DNA of 63,093 nt, counting the filler, from Asterionella formosa (taxonomy: Eukaryota): the NCBI GenBank assembly GCA_002256025.1. It is 17 parts of 17 records of this genome, joined end to end, with 100 filler letters (N's around TTAATTAATTAA, not from the genome) between each part and the next. Parts side by side here need not be neighbours in the genome. Positions count along the whole stretch, not along the records: positions 1 to 30,658 come from NKIB01000827.1; 16 more parts are not named here. One strand, 5' to 3'. The position numbers and the translations under genes were made by a program. This document shows positions 1-11,944 of the stretch, in pieces. Numbering within the stretch: position 1 is the first letter of the stretch; each line of letters begins with the position of its first letter. Below the pieces are notes generated by a model that saw nothing but the letters and a program-made list of their open reading frames with translations, ran no database searches and had not been told where the DNA came from.

Positions 1-1047
1 CCCCCCCACCCCCCCCCCCCCGCGCCCCCCCCCCCCCCCGCGCCCCCCCCCCCCCCGCCCGCCCCCCTCGACTTATTGTGAGGTGTGTAATTGACTGAAA
101 TTGGAGTGGTGGTGACAGGCTGAGACAATAAATGAATGTCAAGTACTTGATGAAATGATGCATCTGATTGTAGATTAGGAGTCGAGATTGCCAATGCAGT
201 AGAGAGATCAGAGGAGCAAAGTGATATTCCTACTTCCTTTGGTGCTTGATCGCAGAGGGTGTGGGCGGTGGCACCAATAGAAAGCAGTTTCTTGGGATAA
301 CCGGAGCGTCTATGGGTCTTCTAGGTGAATATGAGAGAGTTGGAAGTGGTAGAGAGAGTGACAGGAAGGTCGTGGAAGGAGGAATGAGCATTTGCTTGAA
401 GGAAGTGCTGTGAGAGGTGTGGAAAATAGGCAAAATTCGTTTTCTCAGGATGGAATGGGCGGATTTGAATGATTTCTGCTGTGGAGTGACCGGCAGGCCT
501 AGTAACAGAGCAAGTTGAGCATGAATACGAGTAGAGGAGGAGTAAGCGAAGGGAGCGGCAGTTTCCAAAGAGGAAATGGTGAATGAGGAAGGTGTCAGTA
601 GCAGCGCTACTAGCTACAGACTACCGATGTAGGCTTAGTACTACTAGCTAGCTACTAGAATGACAGTTGGGATATTAAACCGGAAAGTTCGATGGTTCAA
701 TGTTGAAACTTTGGTAAAAATTATTATACTTGATAAGTGACAACCAACAAACACACCAGACCAACACGACAGGCCAGTCAAAGAAACAGCAATGATAGCC
801 CGCCCTCAAACAAATTATGATTGCTACACAAATAGCACATCACAGTTTAACAGCATAATCAAGATTTCAATCTCGATTTTGCTGTTTTAATGAATGACAA
901 TTTAACAGCATAGAAAGTTACTTAAGATAGTTTGGAATGGAAACCCAGCCGCAGAAATACAATCGACAGTAACAAACATGAGCTGTTTTCTCTTTCCTGA
1001 TTCATAACACATCAGTTGAGCTAGTTCAAACATTTATTAAATATACT

Positions 1048-1821
1048 CTAACTTGGTTCCTTACATGAGTTCACAATTGCAAAGATTCTAGTTGTTTCAT
1101 TGCGAAGTGATGCACACAATCGTGGATCAGTAAAATCAAATTCAGGCTCAAGAAGCAATACAAAACCAAAGATTTCCCCCAAAACTATGTTAGGTTTACC
1201 ACTTTCCTCATCTATCCATTTGAAGTAGGCCCAATCATACCAAGACCCCTGTCCCAAATAATTAGGATGGGCATGGAAAGTATTTCCATCTTGTTTGTGT
1301 TCACAAAGGACCTCAATTGACGTTTTGGTTATGAAGGGAAGCACTTCCTTTCCTAGAAATCAAATTAAATCAATGTTAACTCCTGGGTGTGATGTCTTTA
1401 TACTTGCCGAATTGGAAGTGACAGTCGAGGCAATAGCGAATTCACCATTATTTTCCTGTAACTTTAAGATAAAGCGTGCACCACCTGTAGATGTGCTTAT
1501 ACTGTCAGTCCTAGTGCCTGTTGTTACATTAGTAGTACCATCATCGGCAAGTGAATCTGTATCATCATGTTCAAAAGGATCTCTTTCCAAAAATTGCCAA
1601 CATGCAACACCTATGGCAATTTTTTTGATAATTCGTTGTCCAGATTGAAGGTCCATTAGGTGATGTCGTTTTCGAGATGTTTTAGCTGGTAACTTGCAAA
1701 GGAATTTCAAATTCTTTTCAATTGGTCCCCCATTGAAAACTTGCGGACTGCCAAACCGTTTTATATTTCGGACAGTATGTATCTGCTGGTGAAACTTGGT
1801 CATTTTCCAGCCTTGCTCCAT
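1048..1821 (-). pseudogene. Plavaka/CACTA-like transposase C-terminal relic (two broken ORFs)
   Basis: KFHQQIHTVRNIKRFGSPQVFNGGPIE (K.H..H...I..FG......E) and FHAHPNYLGQGSWYDWAYFKW motifs typical of Plavaka-type C-termini; split into 1360-1821 and 1048-1344; 5' side cut off by a repeat at ~1824. Confidence 0.6.
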
Positions 1822-1823
1822 TA

Positions 1824-2105
1824 GGCATGGGAAAAATCATTGGGAGTGAGTTAAAACTGAAAAAGTGCAAATAAAATGTTTACTACTGGGCCTTGCTTCC
1901 TGGAAGGCCCAGTTGATCAGTTGATCAGGCAGCAAATCCAACAAGTCATGTTCAGAGTTTCATTCTGGAAATTGTCATTGGTCACTAAGAGTAACTTTTT
2001 TCTAAATCATTAAGGAGTATTATTTTCATTGAAAGCTGGCCTATCTCATCTGGCAGGCATCATGGGACAAAAATTGGGAGTGAATTGTAACTGAAAAGGT
2101 GCTCA
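1824..2105. repeat. Dispersed repeat with internal direct duplication
   Basis: CATGGGA..AA..TTGGGAGTGA....AACTGAAAA.GTGC at ~1827 and ~2061; reverse-complement copy at ~27068-27136. Confidence 0.6.
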
Positions 2106-2141
2106 GAAAACAACCACAACTACAACTACAACTTCCTGGTA

Positions 2142-5100
2142 CCACTTTAAAACTGTAAGCCACCGCTACGGCCACTTTTGAACTAGTATAAGCCACCGAT
2201 AAACGGAGTAAACGCACGGTTCGAACTTATTTTACAAGATACGCTATTTATTGTCACAAACGAGTTGTTCAGATTTATATAGCGAGTAAATACTTCCGTA
2301 CTTGTATTGTTGCATTGTGTACATTGTTAATTAGGTATTATCGCCCAAAGGTTGCTGTCGACGTGAAATTGCGAAAATTGATATTTTCACGTTCACTCGA
2401 TTGAGCAAGCATCTATACGTATTCAGCTATAAAAATATTCCTCCGCTAGAAAACTAATTTAGTATCCTCTAAAAAATTTTCAAATAGGAATTCCTGGCGC
2501 GCCCGAATTATGAGTACAAAAATTAAATGCAAACACACAACAGTCACCCATCACCCAACACAATACCAACATCATGACCTCGAAAGCGCCTCGACAAGGC
2601 AATGTCTCGCCTCGAAAGATATTGTCTCCTGCTGAAGAGTTGGTCAGTGTTCAGATTTGTCTTAACAATGTGATTAGGGAGCTAGAAGCTAAGAAGGCTA
2701 ACAATGGTGGAAAAATGCCTTATGGTGCTATCTCTAGGACAGTATCAGCTAAGCAATGCATTTTTCCTTGGGTATCTGTTAACCAAGTGAAGAATGAACT
2801 AAAACGAAGTGCTAAACTAGAAGTTAAGTCTAGTACTACTATGTATACTACTTCTGGTTCGTCCCTCTTTCAACCATCAACTGCAACCATGGTGTCTACA
2901 TTGACACCTGACCATTGTGGCCCTACTAAAACCCAATTCTTGAATGCTGATGGCAGCTTTGCCTTATTATTTCCCAGCAATCTCATTCATAATTCATATG
3001 AAATTGTCGAGGAGGAAGAAGATGACAACAATGAAGGTTTGAGTGAGCATTATGATAGTCAGTTTACAATGGGCACTTTGGCATTTGAAACTGGAAACAA
3101 TGGTGTGCTTACCTGGGGAAGTTTGGAGGCAAATACAAACACAACGAAAACAAACAAGGAGGACATGAGTAGTACAACTGTTGGTGGAAGGCCCAAAGGT
3201 GCCACCATTAGCAACAAATCCCAGATGCAAAATGCATTGAGTGAAGCAACAGATGAGTTCATGAATAATAAATTGCTAGACAGCAAAAATAACGACAAAC
3301 GTACCTCCAAAGGAACAATTTCTTTGATACCGTCTCCTCTTTGTGGACGAAGTTGGTTCCAATACATCCCAAACAAAAGATGGCAACGTTGGTGGCGAAA
3401 AATTTCTTTGCATTGCAGGTGGCCGTCCTCAAATCCGGGCCTCGACCAAAGATGCACACTTTACTGTCCTAGGATTCACGGCAGCCAATGGTCAACCAAT
3501 CATGTGCGCAATTATTTTTGCCGCAAAAGCCCTGGAAGACGAATGGGTGCTTGGCCTAGATCCTTTTGCTGCTTGGGAAGGAGAAGATGAAAACATACAT
3601 GGCAACAGCGGAAAGGGAAAACGATATCCACAAGGACCAGTCTGTGCTGTGGAAGGGAAACAGTTGCCTACATACTGCTGTGTGTCGGAAAACGGCTCAA
3701 TCACTGCAGAGCTTCTGGTTGGCATGCTAAAGCACATGGATGACTCTGGCATCTTTCCTCAAAACAACGGGCCCCCACCATTCCTAATACTTGATGGACA
3801 TGGGTCTCGATTTGACATTTTGTTCCTTGAATACATAAACAACCCAGTACACAATTGGACAGTCTGTATTGGTGTTCCTTATGGTACAAGCTGCTGGCAG
3901 GTTGGAGACAGTAGTGAGCAAAACGGTTGTTTCAAAATGAACATCACAAAAGCAAAAAGCAAATTGCTGACCTTAAAAGCAGATCACAGGCAAGAGCTTA
4001 CAATTAGCAAGGTCTACATTGTTGGACTGGTGAATACGGCATGGGACAATTCCTTTACAAATATTGCCACAAACAAGAAAGCAATTTATGAACGAGGATG
4101 GTATCCCCTGAACTATAATTTCTTGCTTCACCCTGAAATTCAACAAACCCAACCACAACAGAACATCAATGCGCCCACAGAGACTGCCACTCTGCTCCCT
4201 CTTGATGAGTTAAACCTCCAAACTGGCTTTGCTGGAACAATTGTTGGAAGAATTAACGAGTTTTGCAAACGCGAGGATGTGCAAAATGGAATCGACCGCG
4301 AGGCCCAAGCTAGAAAGAGAAAGGAGACAGCAGATTCACACATTGAGGGATACAAGAAGGGGATAACAGCAGGACTACTGGCCTCTGCACAAACCTTTGC
4401 CCTTGCTTGGGCCAAATATTCTTGCTGCTACACTGGAACGGAAGCGAATTTCAGACATTGTCATTAGTACAAAAGAAACAAAAAGGCAATAAGAATTCAA
4501 TACACTTTGCGGAAAAGTACTTACATTGAAGTAACAGAACAAAACAAAAGAACAGATGTCTCTGCCAGAATTGAAATTAATGGTGCGTTGGTACAAACGA
4601 TCAGGTGATTTGCCGGTTCCACAAACAAAACAAGGCAAGCTCTGATTACAAGATTCGACGACACCAACCACCGTGGTGACCAGTAGCCGCCATTCCCTCT
4701 CCATACACCTCCTATTGCTGTGGTTGTTGTTACTGCACCTCCTCCTGTTGCTATTCCCTCTCCTTCTACAACTGCTACTGCCGATCCACCATTCCGTGAT
4801 GAAGTTTGAGACTCCGCCAGCAAGTAATTGGATGCAAAGAAGCTCGAGATTAATGTTATGCATCAGAAGAATTCTCCGACGATGATGCTGCCCTGCAAAA
4901 TTGTAAAACGTAAAGTAATAAGAAAATAATTTTTGTAGTATTAACGGAGTAAAAATAAACAAGGTTTGGGGGGAAAATATATTCATGTACAAATAGAAAA
5001 ATATGCACTGTAAGCCATCGCTATGCAATAATATTATTAGTGACTTTGGAAAAATTATTTCTTCATGGCTAGATACACAGAATCAAAACTGATTCTTTAA

Positions 5101-5221
5101 TAGCAGAGAGCATTGTCTAACATAAGCTTTGTACTTGCGTCAAGTTTTGATCGCTGAATTACATACATATTTTTAGTCGAAAGATAGAGTAAAATAACGG
5201 TGGCTCACAGTTTTTAATTGG
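2142..5221 (+). mobile_element. pogo-like Tc1/mariner-superfamily DNA transposon (defective)
   Basis: TIRs CCACTTTAAAACTGTAAGCCACCG / CGGTGGCTCACAGTTTTTAATTGG, flanked by TA at 2140-2141 and 5222-5223; encloses a DDE_1-type transposase. Confidence 0.85.
2574..4467 (+). pseudogene. pogo-type transposase, frameshifted and internally deleted
   Basis: N-terminal ORF 2574-~3325 (GGRPKG motif), then frame change to FVDEVGSN...LILDGHGSR...PYGTSCWQVGD (37 residues between the last two Asp). Confidence 0.8.
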
Positions 5222-5555
5222 TACCTGATACCAGGTACCTGGTACCTGGTACTACTACCGGTACCAAAGTCCAGCCATGCCCTCGTTGTTATTCGTAGAC
5301 AGCGTTTTAGGTACTCGGAGTACAGTACCAATTTACCAGGTACATAGATAGTGCACTCTGGTACCCTGGTACCAGGTACAGGATATCTATCACCATGTAT
5401 CTTTTCGTTGTTTTTAATCCCTCACGAGCACCCCTACAGCTAATACAGAGTGGCCGTTTTCCTGCTTTTTGGGTCGTTGTCAACTGATTCTCTTCTCTCC
5501 TTGCTTCAGCCTTCCTCTATAAGTCGTTGCCAGAGAATCAACTAACTCTTGAATT

Positions 5556-7849
5556 ATGTCGGCATCACCGCAAAAGCAATTGGTAAGAAGAAACGGGGTA
5601 ATGAGAACCAATTCTGTTCTTTCGCAACTATATTTGGATGTGAATCCTACAGCGAATCCCATATGATTTGGCATACATGATGGGGGCAGTTTGTCCCTGC
5701 AGCTGTCGTCAACAACTTCGTTTTGTTTTGAGGATGCCGTCATTCGCGATAGCATCTGTTTCTATTTTAACCAGGATGTTGTATGGTTCCTAGTTGTTGC
5801 CCATATCGATCAGCCAACAAAGAGGAGTTGTGAGAAGGTTTTATAACAGAATCTACTGCTGACTTTATCGGCCGGTCATTTGTGTATACTCTAACTTTGC
5901 CATTCTTACTTCGTTGCTTTCGATAGCACTCATCGGCGCCGGACTTCAGCGTCATGATTGTGGCAGCTGGACCCATTCAAGGGGGAGGCCTAGTTCACGC
6001 TGTTTGTGTCACGCAGCCGGTACAGTCTTGGACTGTCCTTCGAAGTCACGAGGACTTTCTAGCCGTTTCTGAAGCTTTGTGCCAGATTTTGTCAGATCTT
6101 CCTGTATGTCCACAGAACCGTTACACGTGTGGTGATATCAATAGCATATCAATGAGTCGCAATGAATTACAGGAATGGCTGCTGGCTGTACTATTGTATC
6201 CTGGAGCGAGAGAGTCTCCTGCCGTCCGGAACTTTTTGACATTTGGAGCAAACATGATTCCGCCTCAGTTCGAAGGCGTAGCTTGGATCAACTTTTCACC
6301 ACCCGCGCATACTCAGCCACAGTCAGCTGTAGCATCTTCGCTGCAGCAGCAGAACAATGGAAATCTTGATGATATGGACATGGATGAGATGTTTGCCGGT
6401 GGCGAGGAGGAAGGTTCCTTGGATGGCTCGGATTTAGAGGGTGAAGATGAAGACTTTGTGCCCGCGTCGATTCGATACCAACCAACAGAAGAAAAGATAA
6501 CGAAGGAAGATGAGATGGAGATCATGGGAATGGCTGGTGAAGTCGAAATGGTTGAAGACATCGGATCGTTGGCACAATCATTGGGAGCCTCTCACCTCGG
6601 GCGATCGTTACAACTACAGAAGGAAATTGCAGTCCGAAGTCTACCGCAAGCTGACCATAGCCAGGTTTCCTCCCAAATGCAGCAGGGAGTCACCGTGGGT
6701 GGCGCCGTTCGGGGCTTCCAAACTGGAGGTCTTGGTACTGCCATCGAGCAGGCCAAAGGCACAACTATCGACGGACTTGGTGATTCCTTTTATCAAAAGA
6801 GGCCCGTGTCAGCTCCTCGTTTGGATTCGTTCAAGATGATCAAAGTCATTGGTAAGGGATCTTTTGGCAAAGTCTTCTTGGTCAAGGAGCACAAGACTGG
6901 CGAAATGTTTGCCCTCAAGGTCTTGCGAAAGGACAACATCATCAAACGAAATCAAGTCGAGCATACAAAGACCGAACGAAGTGTTTTGGGCTACTGCAGG
7001 CATCCTTTCATTGTTAGTATGAACATGGCCTTTCAATCGAAAGACAAACTCTATTTTGTCCTGGACTACTGCGCAGGCGGGGAGTTATTCTTTCATCTAG
7101 GGAAGTTGGGCAAATTTCCCGAGCCTCGCGCACGATTCTACGCTGCCGAGATAATTCTCGCGATCAGCTATGTTCATAGCTTGGATATTATTTATCGCGA
7201 CTTGAAGCCAGAGAACGTTTTGCTTGATGCAACAGGTCATGTGAGGCTAACAGATTTTGGTCTGTCAAAGGAGGGAATCAGCAATAGTTCGAGTGGTGCC
7301 TATAGCTTTTGTGGCACACCTGAATATCTAGCACCAGAAATTCTCAACCGACAAGGCCACGGTCGGGCAGTCGATTGGTGGAGTCTTGGAGCCCTTCTCT
7401 ATGAAATGCTCACTGGTCTCCCGCCATTTTATTGCCAAGATCGAGAGCGATTGTTTGAAAAAATCCGAAAGGGCGATCTTCACTACCCTGCCAGTCTTTC
7501 AAAGCCATCCAAACAGCTGCTTCTTGGTCTGTTGACGAGGGATCCCGATCTGCGATTGGGCTCTGGACCCAACGACGCCGAAGATATTAAGAAGAATGAG
7601 TTCTTTGATGAAGTCGCTTGGGATAAGCTTTCAACTGGAAGTGTGACTCCACCATGGAAGCCTACCATCAACGGAAGCCTCGACACAAGCCAATTCGACA
7701 AAGAGTTTACGAGCATGCCCGTCTTTAGTCCTCAGAGTCTTCAGAGACATGGCTTCGGGGCTACTCCGCGTGGAGAAAATCCCTTCGAAGGCTTCACGTT
7801 CACTGATCGACAATTGCACGGCCCCGGAGCCGAAACGGCTGGAAATTGA
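5556..7849 (+). CDS. AGC Ser/Thr kinase (S6K/SGK/PKB-like) with N-terminal PX-like domain; predicted exons 5556-5582 and 5927-7849
   Basis: GKGSFG, YRDLKPEN, DFG, SFCGTPEYLAPE, turn motif PVFSP, hydrophobic motif FEGFTF; in-frame upstream exon MSASPQKQL|GTAAG...CTAAC...TAG. Confidence 0.9.
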
Positions 7850-7973
7850 GTGACTGCTTTATGTTCGTGGAAGTTAACACATAAATAGAGAAAGTGCATG
7901 AATTATATTTCAGCATCCGCAGATGACATTATATTTTGCTCTGGTACGATGGAAAGTAAAATTAAAATATCAT

Positions 7974-8858
7974 TTACACAGGTGTCTTGGTGCACACAAA
8001 AGATCGAAATAGACCAGCATCAAATTGCTTTTCCATCTCAATGTTTAAATCTCTTGATTGCAGAATCATTTCCCTAACATTTTGGTTGTACATACATCCT
8101 TTTCCTCCCATGGAGGCAGCCGCGCCGGCAGTTACGTCTTGATACCACCCTAGAGCTGCATTCGACGACCGACTGTTTTCAAGCAGCAAAATTTGGCCTC
8201 CACTCTCTTTAGGTTTGACAACCTTGCAGATCTGGTCAATACATCTTCTTGCTCCTTCGTTGCCCATGACACAAAGCGAGAAACTATCGACGACACTGTC
8301 GAATATGTTCTCCCCGAAAGTGTCGACAAGCTCGGACGTAGCGTCAGCTAGTACAAAATCAATTGGGATATCTGCTTTCATTGTGGAACGTCGATTCTTT
8401 GCTTCCTTGATCATACCTTCCGATATATCTACTAGTGTCAATGACGTAACTTTCTGAAGATCGTACTTGGCTAGGTTCAGTCCCGTACCTACACCTATTT
8501 CGAGGACTCGCCCACATGCTCTTTGGAAGAGTTCAGTTCGCGCGTCATCGATGCCTAAGGCAGCAGCTGCTGAACCTCCATCAAGCTCATCATAGTTTGG
8601 AGCGTAGTAGTTATAAGCAGTCGAAGCATCTTCTGGAGATAATGCATCGGCGTCGTTTGCTGTAATCAAGATTGATGAAAGCATCAATCCAGCACCGAGC
8701 GTTCGAATCAGATTTCTCCGATGCGAAACAGGAGACTCAAGCTGGCGATCAACGTCGGGCCCCATTTTGGACTCTAACCATATGTTCGTAGTTAACTTCG
8801 GCCTTGCGCCATTGAATGCTGGTACCAAAACGATAAAAAATGGCGGGGGGGTGAACAT
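7974..8858 (-). CDS. Class I SAM-dependent methyltransferase, probably plastid-targeted
   Basis: VLEIGVGTG motif I, VDISEGM, FDSVVDSFSLC, LLLE; N-terminus hydrophobic ...VPAF, then RRNLI...ADA. Confidence 0.85.
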   Translation of the reverse strand: MFTPPPFFIVLVPAFNGARPKLTTNIWLESKMGPDVDRQLESPVSHRRNLIRTLGAGLMLSSILITANDADALSPEDASTAYNYYAPNYDELDGGSAAAALGIDDARTELFQRACGRVLEIGVGTGLNLAKYDLQKVTSLTLVDISEGMIKEAKNRRSTMKADIPIDFVLADATSELVDTFGENIFDSVVDSFSLCVMGNEGARRCIDQICKVVKPKESGGQILLLENSRSSNAALGWYQDVTAGAAASMGGKGCMYNQNVREMILQSRDLNIEMEKQFDAGLFRSFVCTKTPV

Positions 8859-9002
8859 TTTTGTCAAGAGAAAAGGATCGTGTGTTTATTGTGCTACCGG
8901 TAGTAGCGCTAATCACCATGAAGTACAAAGGAAACGAAATTACCTTGTATTATTAGCAATTCCCGCTCCAGTTTGTCGTCTTGCCATTCGGGTACCAGGT
9001 AC

Positions 9003-9130
9003 TTCTTATTCACACCCTGAATTTTAGGTCAAACCAAGCGACACCTAAAAGTGTTTGTACAAAATGTACACACGAGAATGACTTCTACCTCGGGCGGAAC
9101 ACACCCATATATAACTGATACAGAAAGTAC
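9003..9130. repeat. Dispersed TE-terminus-like repeat
   Basis: CTTCTTATTCACACCCTGAATTTTAGGTCAAACC...CGAGAATGACTTCTACCTCGGGC nearly identical to ~38259-38390. Confidence 0.75.
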
Positions 9131-9396
9131 TAATAATACGTTGCAGGGGGACAAAAATTATTGTCACTTTGTACCGGTATGTATGGCTGGAATCATGCTC
9201 AGAGTACATATAATAGCCACCGTAGCCCGGGATGATAGATAATTAGCATAGGGAATATCTCATGGATAAATATAGTATACATGCATGACTTTACTTAATG
9301 TGGAAAAGCATATAACAACATCAGCAATTACTTTATTCATATACATGCATGACTTTACGTTAGGTGGACAAGCATGAAACAACATCAGCAATTACT

Positions 9397-10625
9397 TTAT
9401 TCATCTACATTCATTACAAACTTGAAATCGAAGTCCAAGGCACATTGATGTGTCTTCAACTTCTTAATAAGGTTGTCAATTTCGACAGGGCCATGCTTGG
9501 AGCGCTGCTGCTGCAGTTCTGGTTCAAATAAGCCAGAATCAAGTGCATAGTAAGCCAACATGTACTGGCAAGCTTGTCGAGAAAATTTCCTTATTCGGGC
9601 TCCTGTAATCACTTCTGCTGACAAACAGGTTCTAACTTTTGCCATGAAATTCGATTTTCCCTTCTTCTTCTTCAGTGTCAGGTTCCGGTATGTGCCCTTG
9701 GCACATGCCCACATGTAATATTCCACACCTTCCCCAGCTATCTCGGCATGGCATTTTGGATTTAGCATTACTTCCACTACAAGTTTGGTACCAATATATT
9801 GCATCATGCCTTGCTCATTCAAGAAGTCATCATATCACAAGGACATAAGATGTCAAAGAATTGTGTTGCTCTCTATTTGCAGGCCAAATGCATCTTTTCG
9901 ACCGGTAAGTGTGTAGCTATTCACCTTTGTTCCTTCAATTAATCCCCTTTCCCAAAGCAATTGAACTAATCCCTTCGATTTTACTTCCCAACCCTCCTTG
10001 ACCCTTGAAATTTGTGTCGAAGTTGGCACTTGATACTGTGGACAGAGGAGGAGCAGCAGATCACTTTCATTCTTTCCTTTAGTATTGGCTCCCTTAGCAG
10101 CAAGATCAAAAATTAATTGGGCATGACTTCTTAGAATTTCCTTGGGTACTCCAATGATAGTATCATGTCAACTTGCTTTTTGTTCAGTAGGAGTCATCCA
10201 ACATGAGCCCACATCATCAGGTTGGAATGTTAGGTGATGTGTTTGACCAGGCTGTAATTGTCTTTGAAAGGAGCCAAGGAATTCTGATTCTGTTCAATGA
10301 TAGTAGATCGCATGGGCAACCCTTTTCCACCAAAGCTTTTTTCATCCTGATTGAACTCAATCCATCAGGTCTATGTTTGCTGTGTCCACTTGAATGGTTG
10401 AATAGATAAACAAACTTATAGTGTAGATACATCACTTTTAGTACATCAATTGTGCCTTCTAATTGACACACCATGTGATTGTAATTCCAGTAGCCATCCC
10501 GATTTTCTCCATTATCAAAGTAGACTAAGAATGGAGAATTTTTTTTTTGTCAATGGCTTCTTCTTTTTGGTCCCATGTACATCAATTGCAACTTCCTCAT
10601 CTGCATAACTTGCTCCAAGTCTATT
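9397..10625 (-). pseudogene. IS630/Tc1-mariner-like DDE transposase relic
   Basis: GYWNYNHMVCQLE, YLFNHSSGHSKHRPDGL and PKCHAEIAGEGVEY..WACAK motifs across several broken frames. Confidence 0.7.
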
Positions 10626-11944
10626 GGCATCTATCTCATCCGGCAGGCGTGAGAAAATCTCTTGGGAGTGCATCGAAACTGAAAGGTGCGCTAGTACCGA
10701 ACCTTCCAGGTAAGTACGGAGTGCAGGCAGAAAGTGGTACCAAGGTACCAGGTACCAGTAGATCCAATGCATCACGTACAGACCTCAATCTACGGTATGA
10801 ACCATCAGAATCCGTCATCCTTTTTGCACTGTACAAAAGTATTGAATGCAGTGAGTCATTATTAGGTTTTCACGCACCTAAAATTCCAAGAACTGAAAAG
10901 GAAGTTTAACTTGGTCTGTAGCCTTGTACCAACACTTTTCTGTAGGATGACAAAATATTGTCAATTGTTTCCTGAATTTGAGGTGTAGAATAACCTAAAA
11001 TGACCCTCAGGGGCATTTAATTTAACCTAAAATTCCCCGCCTTCTAAGTAATGTTTAGGCTCTAAGTAATTTCTTAAGTAATTTATTTAGGGCCAAAATG
11101 GGGCATATCGAATTTTTTGGAATTAAAATTGCCGATTTTAGCATGACAGCCAGAATTATGGTAAATGACAGTTTTTTGAATAGGTCAAGGAACACCATGG
11201 AGAAGAGAAAATTTTGGCCATGCGAAAAATTGACACAAAAATGATTGTACCATGTGGATTTCAAAAATTGATCATCATGTTTTTTGCAATCAAAGTATGA
11301 TTTCATGATTGAATCATTGACAAAGCAGTTAAGCCACGATTTGATGATTCGAAAAGGGTGTGAGAGAAACAAGAGAGAAAGAAAGGAACAATGTTTGAGT
11401 TAAAAAATGGCTCGTCAAAAAATATTTTCAACTTCAACATTGCGAAAAACTTACACTCTGTTTTTCCGTCTTCGCCTACCAGAAAATGATATTTTTAATA
11501 TTGAGAAGGAGGAGCTGGGGTAATTGTCTATGCCACTGGCTTTTGGTGAGGTTGTGGTGGATGGGTGGGTATTGGGATTGGAGTTGGAGTTGGCTGGTGA
11601 TGGTGATGGTAGTAGACTTGTGGTTGGCTGGTGGCCAGAGGTGGTAGATGATGATAGTATCCTTGAGGAGGCGGAGGAGGAGGAAGAGGAGGATCATGAT
11701 GGGAGTAGCAAATTTGTTGTGTTTGCGCTAGCAGAGAATGAAAATATGGCTGCTGATAGGAATAAAAACCAGTATTGGGAGGGGAAGGGGGGCAGAAATG
11801 GTAGATTGCATGTTGTGGAGGCGACGGAACAGAATTATATATATGTTGCTTGCTGAGGAGCTTGCGGTGGATAATAGTAGAAGCGGACTGCTGGTTTTAT
11901 AGCCCATTCGTACTGCCCTATTTCTAGGCAAGTATTTTATTGTT

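Noticed and set aside
1..67. Poly-C tract as a G-quadruplex or regulatory element
   Set aside because: It sits at the very start of the sequence and resembles a low-quality homopolymer end; no supporting context.
4375..5028. Overlapping ORFs at the 3' end of the pogo element
   Set aside because: Antisense or off-frame readings of the decayed, low-complexity transposase tail.
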